DNA of 64,000 nucleotides from Candidatus Omnitrophota bacterium (GTDB lineage Bacteria; Omnitrophota; Gorgyraeia; Gygaellales; Profunditerraquicolaceae): NCBI GenBank assembly GCA_028716245.1, contig JAQUQW010000003.1, positions 84,638 to 148,637 of the forward strand, read 5' to 3'. Shown piece by piece: positions 46,337 to 58,300 of this stretch (position 1 is its first letter; each line of letters starts with the position of its first letter). The notes under the pieces were generated by a model. It saw only the letters and a program-made list of their open reading frames with translations, ran no database searches and was not told where the DNA came from. The position numbers and the translations under genes were made by a program.

Positions 46337-49300
46337 CTATAAAATCATGACCTGGTTATGGTAGAGAAAAATATGCCAAATTAAAATTAATAGCAATGAA
46401 TTCACGGAGAATAATAATTGTTTTATAGATATATCCGCAGGGATACTATTTTCAACTGTTTCCGCTGGTAATATCTCCTCTTGCAAAACTTGCCCCTCTT
46501 TATCTTCGATTTCTTTTTTTCTTACCGGCCACTCTTCAATACATTCTTTATTTCTACTTACCTTCTCTTTGTTCCCAAAGGGATCTTCTACCCAGTATTC
46601 TTTGGATAATATATCTTCAAATCTTTCGAAACTGACTTTTTTAAACTCTTCATAACCTTTTTCTGTATGAGTATCTGATGTATTAATTAAATAACTTTCT
46701 CTCCAAAGACAATAATCTTTCCATTTTCCAGGATGTAATTTTCCGCCTAGGCGTTCTTGCTGGTAAAAAATATAATCAATCATAAATTGTATTAACCGGT
46801 GATGATAACCATTTTTTTCAGAATCTTCCTGGTTCTTTTTTACTACTTCTAAAAGTTCCGGCCGTTTTTGCAAATCTATAGCCCCATCCTCTTTTAAAAC
46901 TAAGCTAGCGTTGAATCTTTCTTTTATAGTTTGTGGTAAAACGATAAAATCCTGTGTCTCTCCAGGCTGCCCCTGTCTTGCGGCCCTGCCCTTTAATTGA
47001 TAATCAAGCCTTAAACTTATTTGGCTTAAGGTTGTTGAAACCACAAATAGCCCCCCAAGCTTTACTGCTTCTTTAGTTAATATAATATCAGTACCTCTCC
47101 CTGCTATATTAGTAGACACAGTCACTGCGCCGATTTTACCTGCCTCTTTTACAATCTTTGCTTCATACTTTTCTGTTTTGGCATTAAGCACCTTATGTCT
47201 GATACCTTTTTCTTTCAGCATTCTGCTTAACCGCTCAGATTCACTATCCGATGCTGTCGCTGCTAATACAGGTCTTTTCGCTCTGTATAACTCTTCAATC
47301 TTATCAACTAGAGCTTGGTATTGAATTGTAGCGTTTAAAAATATTTTTGGAAGGAGGTCATCTCTTATGTTTGGTTTTCTTGTAGGAATTACGACTACAT
47401 CAGAAATGCCATAAATTCTCTTTAATTCCTCCTTTGCGAAATTAAAATCAGCCGTGCCGCTCATACCAGATTTTTTCCTGTAAAATTGGAAGAATATTGG
47501 AAGGGGCAATGTCACTAAACGAGTATCTTTTTTAGTGTTGAGATTTTCTTTTAATTCCAATAATTGGTGAATTCCTAACGCGTACCTGCTATTTGGTTTT
47601 TTTCTTCCGGTTGACTGATCAATTACTTTAATCTCTCCTTTTTCCACTAAATAATGCACTCCTTTGCGATAGGAGATTTTTACCTTAAGATATGCTTTAA
47701 TAAACTCCAAATTGGTTAATATCTCAAGCGATACCGCTGTATATTTACTGGAATATCCATACTCAATGGCATCTTTTGTACCATATTCTTTTCTCCATTT
47801 TTTGGTTAATATTCTGTTTACATTTACCTCTCCTTCAGAGGTTAATGTAATATTTCCTTTTTCAATTACATAGTCACTGCCTAATTTTAATTCTTCGGCT
47901 ATCTGCTTTAAATATTTACCTTTGCCCCTTCCTACAACATAAGCAAACCCTAACGCTGAACCATTTAGATCAATAAATGAATAGTCTACTTCATCCAAAA
48001 TGGCAAATGTCTCTGCTAATTGTGAATAAGATAAGTTTCCTCTAAGATAATCAAAACCCGTACTGGGAGTTGTAAATACTATATCTTTTTTGTAGACTTC
48101 TTTTCTAAATGGCCCTTCTATCTTTAAAATAATGGCCTTGATTGTTCTAAATGGAGATATTAACGAGAAAAGTTCTGGAATCATTAAATAAGCAAATAAA
48201 ACCATTGCTATGACAAAAATTCCAGAAATTATCTCGCTCTCAGAAAATAGGAACGCAATACTAAAAACCATAAACAAAGGCATAAAAGACATACCAACTA
48301 AAAACACACCTAATAATATAGAGCCTAATACATCAGCAATATTATTTTTACTTATTCTTTTAGCTGTGCCTACGTCTTGTATTAGCCCAACGCTCAAACC
48401 TAGAAATTCATATAGCTTGCGTGTTTTTTGATAATCTCTCTTTGCCAGATAATCGTTTTGAGTGATAATATGCACTTTTTGGCTGCTTAAAGCGTGTAAA
48501 TAAGCGGGTAACATCGCAACGTAGGTTTTACCCTCTCCGGTTTTTATTTCAGCTACTTTACCTTGATACATTACTATGCCGCCAATCATCTGCACATCGT
48601 ATAATCTTATCCCTTTAAGCCGCCAAAATGCCTCGCGCACCACAGCAAATGCCTCGGGTAAAATCTCATCCCGTGTTTGGCCTTTATCAAGGCGAGCCCT
48701 AAATTCATTTGTTTTTTCCTGTAACTCTTTATCGGAAAGCTGCCGCATTCGCGGCTCAAAGGAGGTTATTTTTTCTACAATCGGTAGGAGCGCTTGAATT
48801 TTTATTTGGTTTTCTTCGGTGAGCTTCTGGATACTTTTTTCTAAATCTCTTTGCTCTTCTTCAATAAGATTCCGTAATTGTTTACCCGGAGGGCCGGTCT
48901 CTTTACCACTCTTTGCTAAATTCATCAAAAGTTTTTTTAACATATCTGAAATAATTGGGAACGTTTCCATTTTTTCTGCTTTTTCTCCCATCCCGCCGTC
49001 TAATTGCTCTTTAGCAGCAACATTTCCGGAAGTAAAAACAGATAGAACATTGTTATTATCCTTTGCTATCTCATAATTAACACTACGCTCTATACCCCAC
49101 CCGCTCTTAATCTCCATTCTCGCTTCATCCAAAAAAATCAATTCTTTAGAATTCAATTCTTTTAAAACCCGCACACTACTTTCCAAAATATATAAGTTAA
49201 TAGGAAAATCTAATATCGCGCCTGAAGCGCTCATCCCGTTTATTTTTCTTAAGAGGTCTCTTTCGGCAGGAGAAAGTATTTTATATGTATTAAACAGCTT

Positions 49301-52300
49301 TTCCCGTAAACCCGCTTTAACTCTCCAAACCCCCGCTTCGCCTATCTTGGACAAATCAAATTTTCCTTTATCGAAAATTACCAGCGGCTTGCCAATATCA
49401 CGCCACAATTCCACGCTCCATTCATTCGGAGCCCAATTAGATATTCCCATATTTCGCAATCCCGCTGAAAATTCCAGTTCTGCCCTGTTTACTTCTTCCA
49501 GGCTGGCTTCGCTATTATAAACAATAACTAACCCATCAATATCCGAGCCAAACATTATGGTGTGCTTAGTAAAAGAACACGGTAGGACCGTGATACGGGT
49601 AATAATATCTTTGTAATCATTATTTATTTTGTTTACTAATCGGATAAAATCCTGATGAATCCTTCTTGTGCTGTTTGGGAAATCATCATCCAAAATACAG
49701 CTTAAGTTTTGCGTGTCGTAACCCAAGGAAGTCAAAAGATTAAGCATAGCTATATAAGCTATCCAATTATCATTTAAACTTATAATTTCAAATATATTAC
49801 GGATTAAATCCTGTTTAGACAAAATAACTACTCCAGGCCTCTTGACCACGACATCGCTCAGCTTGTAAGCGGCTGATGTGTAAATAATAGAATTTAGTTC
49901 CTTATTCTTAAAAATGTCTCCAAGAAAAATAGCCGCCTCTTTAGCGATATTTTCAGGGGCATTTATGGCGATATGGCCTAAAATATTTATAGTTACGCTA
50001 TAAACTGTCAGATCAAGGCCTTTTGTTCCTAAGATGTTCTTAAGAACGTTAACTGTATTATCTATAATAACTTCTGGCCTCATAGAAGAAATGCGGTTGA
50101 AGTTTCGGGAAATTTCCGCATACATCAAGGGCTCGAATACTTTTAAGGAAAGAATGGTTTCTAAAGCAAGAAATGCCTGTTTGGCAACTGGCGCAGGACA
50201 TCTCCACACTATATCGCTCAGAGTATGCCCAGCCGCAGCCTGAACTGATAAATCTGGTTCTTTGGCGCTAAGAATGTTTTTTAAATAATCTACGGCAGTA
50301 TGAGTAATAATTTCTGGCTTGAGATAGGTAATTTGATCAAAAGCGTTAATAACCCGGTATAATGACCGGGGATATTTTTCATTCTGGGCAAGAATGTTTT
50401 CTAAGGCAAGATAGGCTTGTTTAGATAAATGACCCTCAATACCACAGGCAATATTTACTAATATCTGAGCCGTTCCTAGATAATCACGGTGTTCTGATCC
50501 TCTCTTAAAGATGGATTCTAAAAAATAAACTCGTTGGGCTTGAATAGCCAGATCATGGGAATCGTAGGATTCATGCAAGTATGTTTGTTCAATTATAAAA
50601 TCAATGGCTTCCGGGCTGTAATCTAATTCTGACAGGATGCTTCTTACTTTTCGTTCGGGGATATTCCAGATATTACCTTTAATGTGCAGGGCAACAGCAA
50701 AATCCTCTGGAGGGCCGCGATAAGAAATAATTCCTAGCTTTTTCGCTCTTTTAATTATTTTTGTATACGCGTTACCCAGCAACTCAAATTCTTCGCTTAC
50801 TTCCGGATATTTTGCCGCAGCTTTAAACATATTCTTGCCTGAAACATGATGTTTACTATCTCCTAACCCACTGTCTAAATCTTTTTGTGATACCTGATGC
50901 TGTCTTCTGAGATACTCTCTATGCACCTTAAGACTTTTTCGCGTTTTATCTATTCTATCTTTATAAATAGCTAAATTTTTATCCATAAGCGGTATACCAA
51001 AAAGAAACCTTAATCCACCCTTTTTTAATAGCTCTTCTCTGCTTTTTTCTAGATGGCTTACTTCAATTTTATAATTTTCATAGCCAATAATATTTTTTTC
51101 TATATCATAAATTGTATTCTGAGCGTAATCTTTAAAAAGTTGCCCAAGAGATACTATTAATTTAGTAATCAGAAATATTGTCTCGAAATCTTGTTTATTT
51201 GGATTTTGCACAAATTTTTCTATTTCTTCTCCTAATTCTATTAACAATACATTTGTTTCAAATAAAGGCTTAAATTCTTCTTTATCTTTATCAAGACTAC
51301 TAAATGGAATTTCATCATAAACCTGTTTTAGCAATAAAAAATTTACTTTTAGCTCGTTTTCTAAGCCTATAGGCGAACAATTAGGAAAAACAATAATTTT
51401 TTCTTTTTGCTTCCTATTGATAAATGTACTTTTTATCAGTACTCCTTTACTCGTAGCCACAACCTTATTCTCGCTGCCCCAAGAATAAGAGAAAGATTCT
51501 AAAATATTTGTCCTTGTTCCTAACAAATCTCGAAAATCTTTAAGATAGTAGTCCTGGCAAAATAGTACTGACTGTAAATCTTTAACTCCCATTTCTTCTA
51601 ATTTTAAGAGAAGATACTTAGCAGTTACCGTACCTGTAGGAATATGAGAAAGCGCCAATACAATGTTATTATCTTTGCATCCTTTTATAATCAACCCAGA
51701 ACACAGATTAAAAGGAACAGGCTTACCCCCTGAAGCTATCACCTCCTCTGATTGCATATCAGAAATTATCACTGTCCAGCCCATAGTCACATCGATTAGA
51801 ATTTTATCTTTAGTGGCATAAACCTCAGGAGGGGCGATAGCCTCATCTACGTTAAGTTCCTCTAATCGTTCTGCGAAGAAGAATTTAAACTTATTTAACT
51901 TTTCTTGATCGTTGACAGGTTCTTTGTGTCTATTGTAAATTAACTCCTTTAATAGATCATATCCTTCCATTACATTTTTAAGCTGAGCTTCGATTGCATT
52001 GTCCTCCAAAGAAGACGCAACCGCCCCGCCGTCTTTTTTCGGAAGAACTTCCTTAAGTAACTTAAGAAAAAATTTATCCTCTGGCGATAATTTAGTACAC
52101 CCATTATTATCTTTCTTTAAAAACACTCTGTCGTATATATTTAACTCCCCGTTCCTTCTCTCCACAAAAAGCTGATAATTCCTGCCGTCATTAATCCGCA
52201 TATTTACCGATGTCTTTTCACAGTTAATTTCAAGCGTAACCAAATTTTTTCCTGCAAAAACTATCAGCGTCATCCCATCGTCGCTTTTTTCAATCTTGAC

Positions 52301-55300
52301 CGTTTCCAAACCCAGCAGGCCAAAATTCTGCTTTAGAAATTCAGAAAATTTATTCCAGCCATTAGACGGAACTTTGTTCCAATCAAACAAATACTTTTTA
52401 TCTAATTCCAATGACACCCATTGACGGTATAAAGCCCTATCTTCTATCCGCTTCAAAGTATGATGCTTAAATAAATACCTGGCGTCCTTAAGATAATTTT
52501 TTAGATATTCCTGCAATACCTCTTCTTTCCGGATGTTCTTTTGCACAAGAAATTTTATCCAATCCCGATTACTGCCATAATTCTTGGATAATTTCCCATG
52601 CAAATCATCCAAATCTACTATACCGCTCTCCGTAAATTTAATAATAGTTTGATCTACATCATTAACCTCATTATTCAAAGGAAAATTCTCTAAAGAATGC
52701 ATATCAGCCAAAGCCAACGTAATGTTATATTCCCGGAGTATTTGTTCAAAACTTTTAATATACTCCCAGGGCTTCTCTCCCTTTGCCTCCGGCTTAAATC
52801 TGTCTTTTATCTCATTTAAAAAACTGACGATAACATCAGCTTCATTATCCGTCAAAGAGACGCCGATGTTGCTGTCAGGACTAACCCCAAACCGTATTAA
52901 ACAATCCCTGGTCTTTTCCCCGCCGTCTTTGTTGAAGCAATTTAAGCGAATAAGGTTAAAACAATCTTCCTGGAAGCTTTCCGCCTCTTTTTTCGTAGCG
53001 GACGACTCATAAAATTTAATCTGCAGGAAAAACCAGCTGATAATTTCTGATGGATATTTGAATTTATTACTAAGGATTTTGTTTATTTCGCCTTTAGGAA
53101 TGTTGAAATAGAACTGGCCGTTATCTAGGCGGCGGGCAAGGGGGTAAAAAAGGGCAGCGATATGGCGGATTCCCGGAGGGCCGGTTATTTTTCCTGATTT
53201 TTTCAGATACTCCAAGTTGACCCTATAAGCCAAATAACCCGCATATAGGAAACTCTTAACTATAAAAAGATTGGTAAACCTTGCGCTACCGGCAATAAAC
53301 TGGCCTGCGGGAGTAAAGTCGCCGCCGTCCTTTGCTTCGCCATCGCTTGGGATAAAAGCATCTCCTTTTTTATCTCTCAACTCAGCAATTACTCTTTTTA
53401 CTGCCGGAGTTCTTTTAAGAAAATTAAGCCTGTCTGCCTTTGACATAATTCTCAATAAAACTTCCAGATCATCAAAACCGGCTAATTTCATATAAAATAA
53501 ACCTATTTTATCTGCCCTTTTTTCTTTCCACCAGCTAACGTATATCGGAATCCAGAGAAGTTGTCCGATTACAAATAATGCTAAGCTTAAAGTTACACTC
53601 CATCCGAAGAATATGCCTACCATTGTTAAAGCTACAATTGTAATAATCAATGCGTAAAGCAATAAGACCTCTATCCCTAATAATCGGCTTTGCGTCCAAT
53701 GAGCAATTTCATGAGCTATAATAAAGGCTATTTCTTTATCCGATGCGGTCCTAAGATCTGGATGTAAAAATCTGGGTTTTCCTATATTCAGATGAACTTC
53801 GCCGACTGCACCTTTTTCTCCCGGTTTTAAAAAACTAGTATAAATATCGGTATCAAATATTATCGTCACAACGAAGTTGCGCCCGTGACAACGCTTTGCA
53901 GCATCTACAATAATTTCTTTTATCTTTTCTATTCGTTCTCGTAATCGTACTTCTTTAATCTCAGTTTCATCCCCCGCCCCGCCGTCGGATCCTGCTTTTA
54001 TGGCTTTAATTTGTTCTTCGACTTTAGGCCTGATCTCAGCGGGAAGCTGACTAAGTAATTCTGGACTCCAGGGATAAAGGGCAACCGCTTTAGCCCAAAA
54101 CTTAATCGCTTCTTCAATAGTAGAGAAAATATCTTGCTCATCCAAAAAGGAAATCAAATCTCTGCGCAGAGGTTTAACATTTTCTAAAAAAGTAGAGCGA
54201 CTTTGAGTTGCAAAGATTAACAGCCGCTTTAATTTTTCTTTTTCTTCTTGAGAAATATCCGCCTTTTCTATCTTCTCACCAATGATAGACACATTAAAAT
54301 AAACTAAGAAGCGGCTGCTAAGAAAACCCAACCTAAAATTAAAGTAGCCATTTTCAAAAAGCGCAATCATCAAATCTCTTAATAATCCGATTAATTCGGG
54401 GGTATTATCTTTTATAAGAGCAGCTTTCTGCCAAAAACTTTCAAAGCCTATGTTTTTAAACAGCTCAACAAATTCATCGGTTAAACCATTTATCTTTACA
54501 AGAGGATAACCCAAGCCTTCAAGCAGAATCTTTAATTCGCTAATTTTTATTGTGAGGAATTCCGGTGAGGGCTGTTTTATGCTTGGGGTTGGCGCGGCTG
54601 TCAATAAACCAGCTTCTTCTAATAACCCATTCTCGCGTAAATAATCTCCGAATCTTATAAGTAAAATGATGAACAACTCAACAACAGGCTTATTTAAATA
54701 TTCTTCATCCAGGAAAATACCTTTATCGGGTAGAAATACTCCTGAAAAAAATTCAGATGGCCCGGCGCGCACTCTTCCCGAGACTCTTAAGTACTCTATA
54801 AACATATTCACCGGCTGATCGCCAAACACCCACCTCGCGTTATCCCAAGCAACCCCTAAATTTTTCTCAAGTTCAGCAAAATCAATTATCTTTAGATAAT
54901 TCCATTCTCTGTTAACCCTCTCTTTTTCCGCTTCCGTTTTAGATTCCCCGGCTCCGCCATCTTGAAGAATAGAATCATCTCTTGCCACAGAAGGGTATCT
55001 GGTTGTGCCACTGCCTGCACCCTTACCACCGTCGGTCTTAGGTTTTATATCATCTCTGTCTTCTTTTTTATCTTGCCGGCGTTGAAAGCTCGGGTCTCTG
55101 CTGGTTATTTCACCTGTTTTAAGATTTATATATAAACCTCCATGGGGTTCCCAGCTCGTTCCCACAAGAATATAACCCGGAGTACCGAAAAACAAAGCAA
55201 CAGGAAAATCTTCTTCGCTGTATTCAACAAATATTTTTTTACGCTTAAATGGAATCCTGCCAAGTAATTTATCTAACAATCCGCCGGGAGCTTCGATATA

Positions 55301-58300
55301 CACCCTTGGTTCCAATGTGAAATAAAAATAAAGCCATGCTCTAAACCACGGAAATATCTTTTTTTCTCCTTCAGAAAGTTGTAAAAGCTTGCTTAATTCT
55401 CCTGCTATCTTTTCTATCAAGGAGCCGTCCATCTCTTTATGGATATATTTTTGGGTGGATAATTTTATATCTTCGGATAATTCTAATCTCATAATTGCGC
55501 CGGTAACAAATTTTTCCCAATCCTCGACTAAAGAATAACCGTGCTTAGTTACAACCTCATTAATTTGGGGGATATTTTTAGTAAAGACGTTAAGATAACT
55601 TTTTATATCTTCAATCTCTCCCTGCATTAATTGATTTATCTCGATAACCCGAATTATTTTTTTAATACGCTCGCCTATCTCCCAAGATTCATGGTCTCCT
55701 TTCTGAAGAATAAGACTCATCTCTTCTAGCGTCTCTACAAACTGCTTTGCTGCGGAACCGCCGTCTTTGGGAATAGAACCATAACCTTTCCTACGATTTT
55801 CTTCCGTTAGCTGATATGCCGAACCTTTAACTTTATAAAAAAATCTTTTAATTTTGTGAGGGCTTTCTGCCCGCATTTTCTTTAATTCCAGCCTACGCGA
55901 ATTAAAATAATTCATTTCATCTTCTATCTGTTGTCTTGTTAAAGAAGATTTTTCTTGTTCAAACTGCGAAATTTCTATGAGACCCTCTACAGCTTGCTGA
56001 TAGACTATATCTTTTTCTATATCTAGGCGATATTGTATATCTTCGAGTTCTTCGCCTTTAAATATCCAATGCATTAAACCTGCGATAGAGGTTGGGGGGC
56101 CCATTATATATCTTGCTTGAGGAATAATATCTCGCATAGAATTAACAAGGTTTTTCTCCTTATCCTCGCCCTGGCCAGCTTCACAGGAATAAAAAACTAT
56201 TGCGCATCCGTATAAAAATTTATTCTGAATCTCTTTTAATCTATGCAAATTTTCTAAATTTATTTCTAATTCGGCATAAAGATCCCCTAATTGCTTTTTT
56301 ATTTCATCTACTAATTCATTCCCTGCTATAGGAATAGATCCATTTTTTACTTCAGTTTCTACTGTCTCTCTTATGAACTTATCCTTAAATCCTTCGATAA
56401 CTTCCGGTGTTAAGCCCAAATTAATAGTTTGCTCGTCACCGTCGCCGTGTCCTATGACAACTAATAAAGAAGCCGTCTGTTCTTTAGTGGCATCTTTGAC
56501 GCATTCGATTAATTTAGTAACAGTGTTAACCTCTTCATAAAATTTTATTTCATAATTATGGATTTCCAGGGTTGCAAATAAAAATTTATGAATCGGTGTA
56601 GATTTATTGCTTAATAAACTATCTGCTTTCGGGCCAATTATTATAGCTAATTTCTTCTTTAATTGCGCCCCGCCGCCGTCTTTCTGCTCTTTACTCTTCC
56701 CCTCATAAGGCTGTTCTTGGCTGTACTCTCTTGCCCTTGGTTGATATACAAACTCCAGCTCATAAGGTGAACGCTGTTCGATTCGCTTTCCTTTCATTTG
56801 GCTGAGTCTTTCATAGGCATTGGCTGAACCTTTCATCATCCTGATATGTAAGCCAGGAATTGATAATTTCTGCCCATATAAAGTGTGAAAGTTTCCTGCG
56901 CCCTTCGCAATATAAATACAGGCATTACGCCAAGCTTCGCAGAATTCTAGATAATCTTCCGCTTGGCTATCTTCATCTAGAGCGCCGCCATCCTGAAGAA
57001 CAGAGGCGCTCAACCGGCCCCGTTTCCCGATTGAGCGGGAAACAGTTTCCGCCTTTACAGAAGCGCCATTAATTACACTTACCATGTCGCTGCCTTTATT
57101 TTCCTGATTTAACCTTATTCTTAAATTCTCAAAAAATTCTTTTCCTTCTTTTTTTTCTTTAAATCTTCCGATATCGTCTTTAGAAAGCCAGTGATTCTCT
57201 AATGCCTGAAATTTAGGGAATATTTCGTTCGGATAAAACATAATTCTTTTATTGAGTTCTGCAATAACATATTCTTTTTCTACGTCATTGGAATCAGAAG
57301 ACAGGAACCTCACAATCAAGCCCAAATAGTACGAAGGCCTTTCTATAGTGCTAATCTTAATTATATCCGCATCAAAAAATGCTTTCTCCTCAACTTCTGC
57401 TGCTATCCCGCCGTCTTTGCCCCAATAATTCCACCCCGCCATATTTCTATCAAATTCTTCCCAATCAATTTTTTCTCCTCGGCTGATGCGCCTTCTTATT
57501 CTCTCGATATAGTCCCGCTTAGACTTAATGTCCTCCGTAGGCTCGCCCTCCTGCTCTCCTTCTATAAAACCCAGTCCTGATAATACATTGCTAATATGGT
57601 TTAGCTCTAATTCGATCAATTTATTAAAATCGCCTTCTGCTTCCCTGCCCTTATAATCTTGCCTCAATTCAGTTATGCGCTTTGAGACCTCATTTATTTT
57701 TCGGGTTAATTCTTCCATCTGGGTGTTATAGCGAAATACCCTTCTAGCGTCTTGGTGGCTATAATTATTCGGGCCTTCCTTGCTATCTTGCCGGAGTTGA
57801 AGGATTGAATCTTTAGTTATCTTACCTGTTTTAAGATTTATAGATAAACCTTGGGGAACATTTTTAACAAAGGCGCTAATATAGTTTCCTTCCTTTAGGA
57901 CGGAACTCGTCTTTTTTAACATCTCTACAAACTGCTTTTCTGCAGAACCGCCGTCCGGGATTAAATTGTTTTTTGTTACTTCTATATCAGGATAATTAAT
58001 CCTCGTTCTAATTTTATCCTGGACTTCCCGTACTGCCTTTCTTACCAGATCAATTCTATCTGACTTCTCATCAGGCAAAAAAACGGTAATTTTTCTGGCC
58101 ATAAACTTGGATAAATGATTTAAATATGGTTCGGATATCTCTAATTCCTGTCTCAATACTTTTCTTTCACGCGCAATCTCCGCATAAAGTAATCTTATAA
58201 ATTCAGGTATAGTGTTTGATTTCTTTTCTTTGCTTATTTTTATTTTGATTATCTGTAAAATCAAGGCCGTGTCCCGCTCCGGGCCAATCATGCCATCACT

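Noticed and set aside
49600-49700. Possible nucleotidyltransferase motif (MFGSDIDGLVIV) in the giant ORF
   Set aside because: The GS and DxD residues are contiguous, whereas the Pol-beta NTase signature needs 9-13 residues between them, so it is unlikely to be a real NTase fold.
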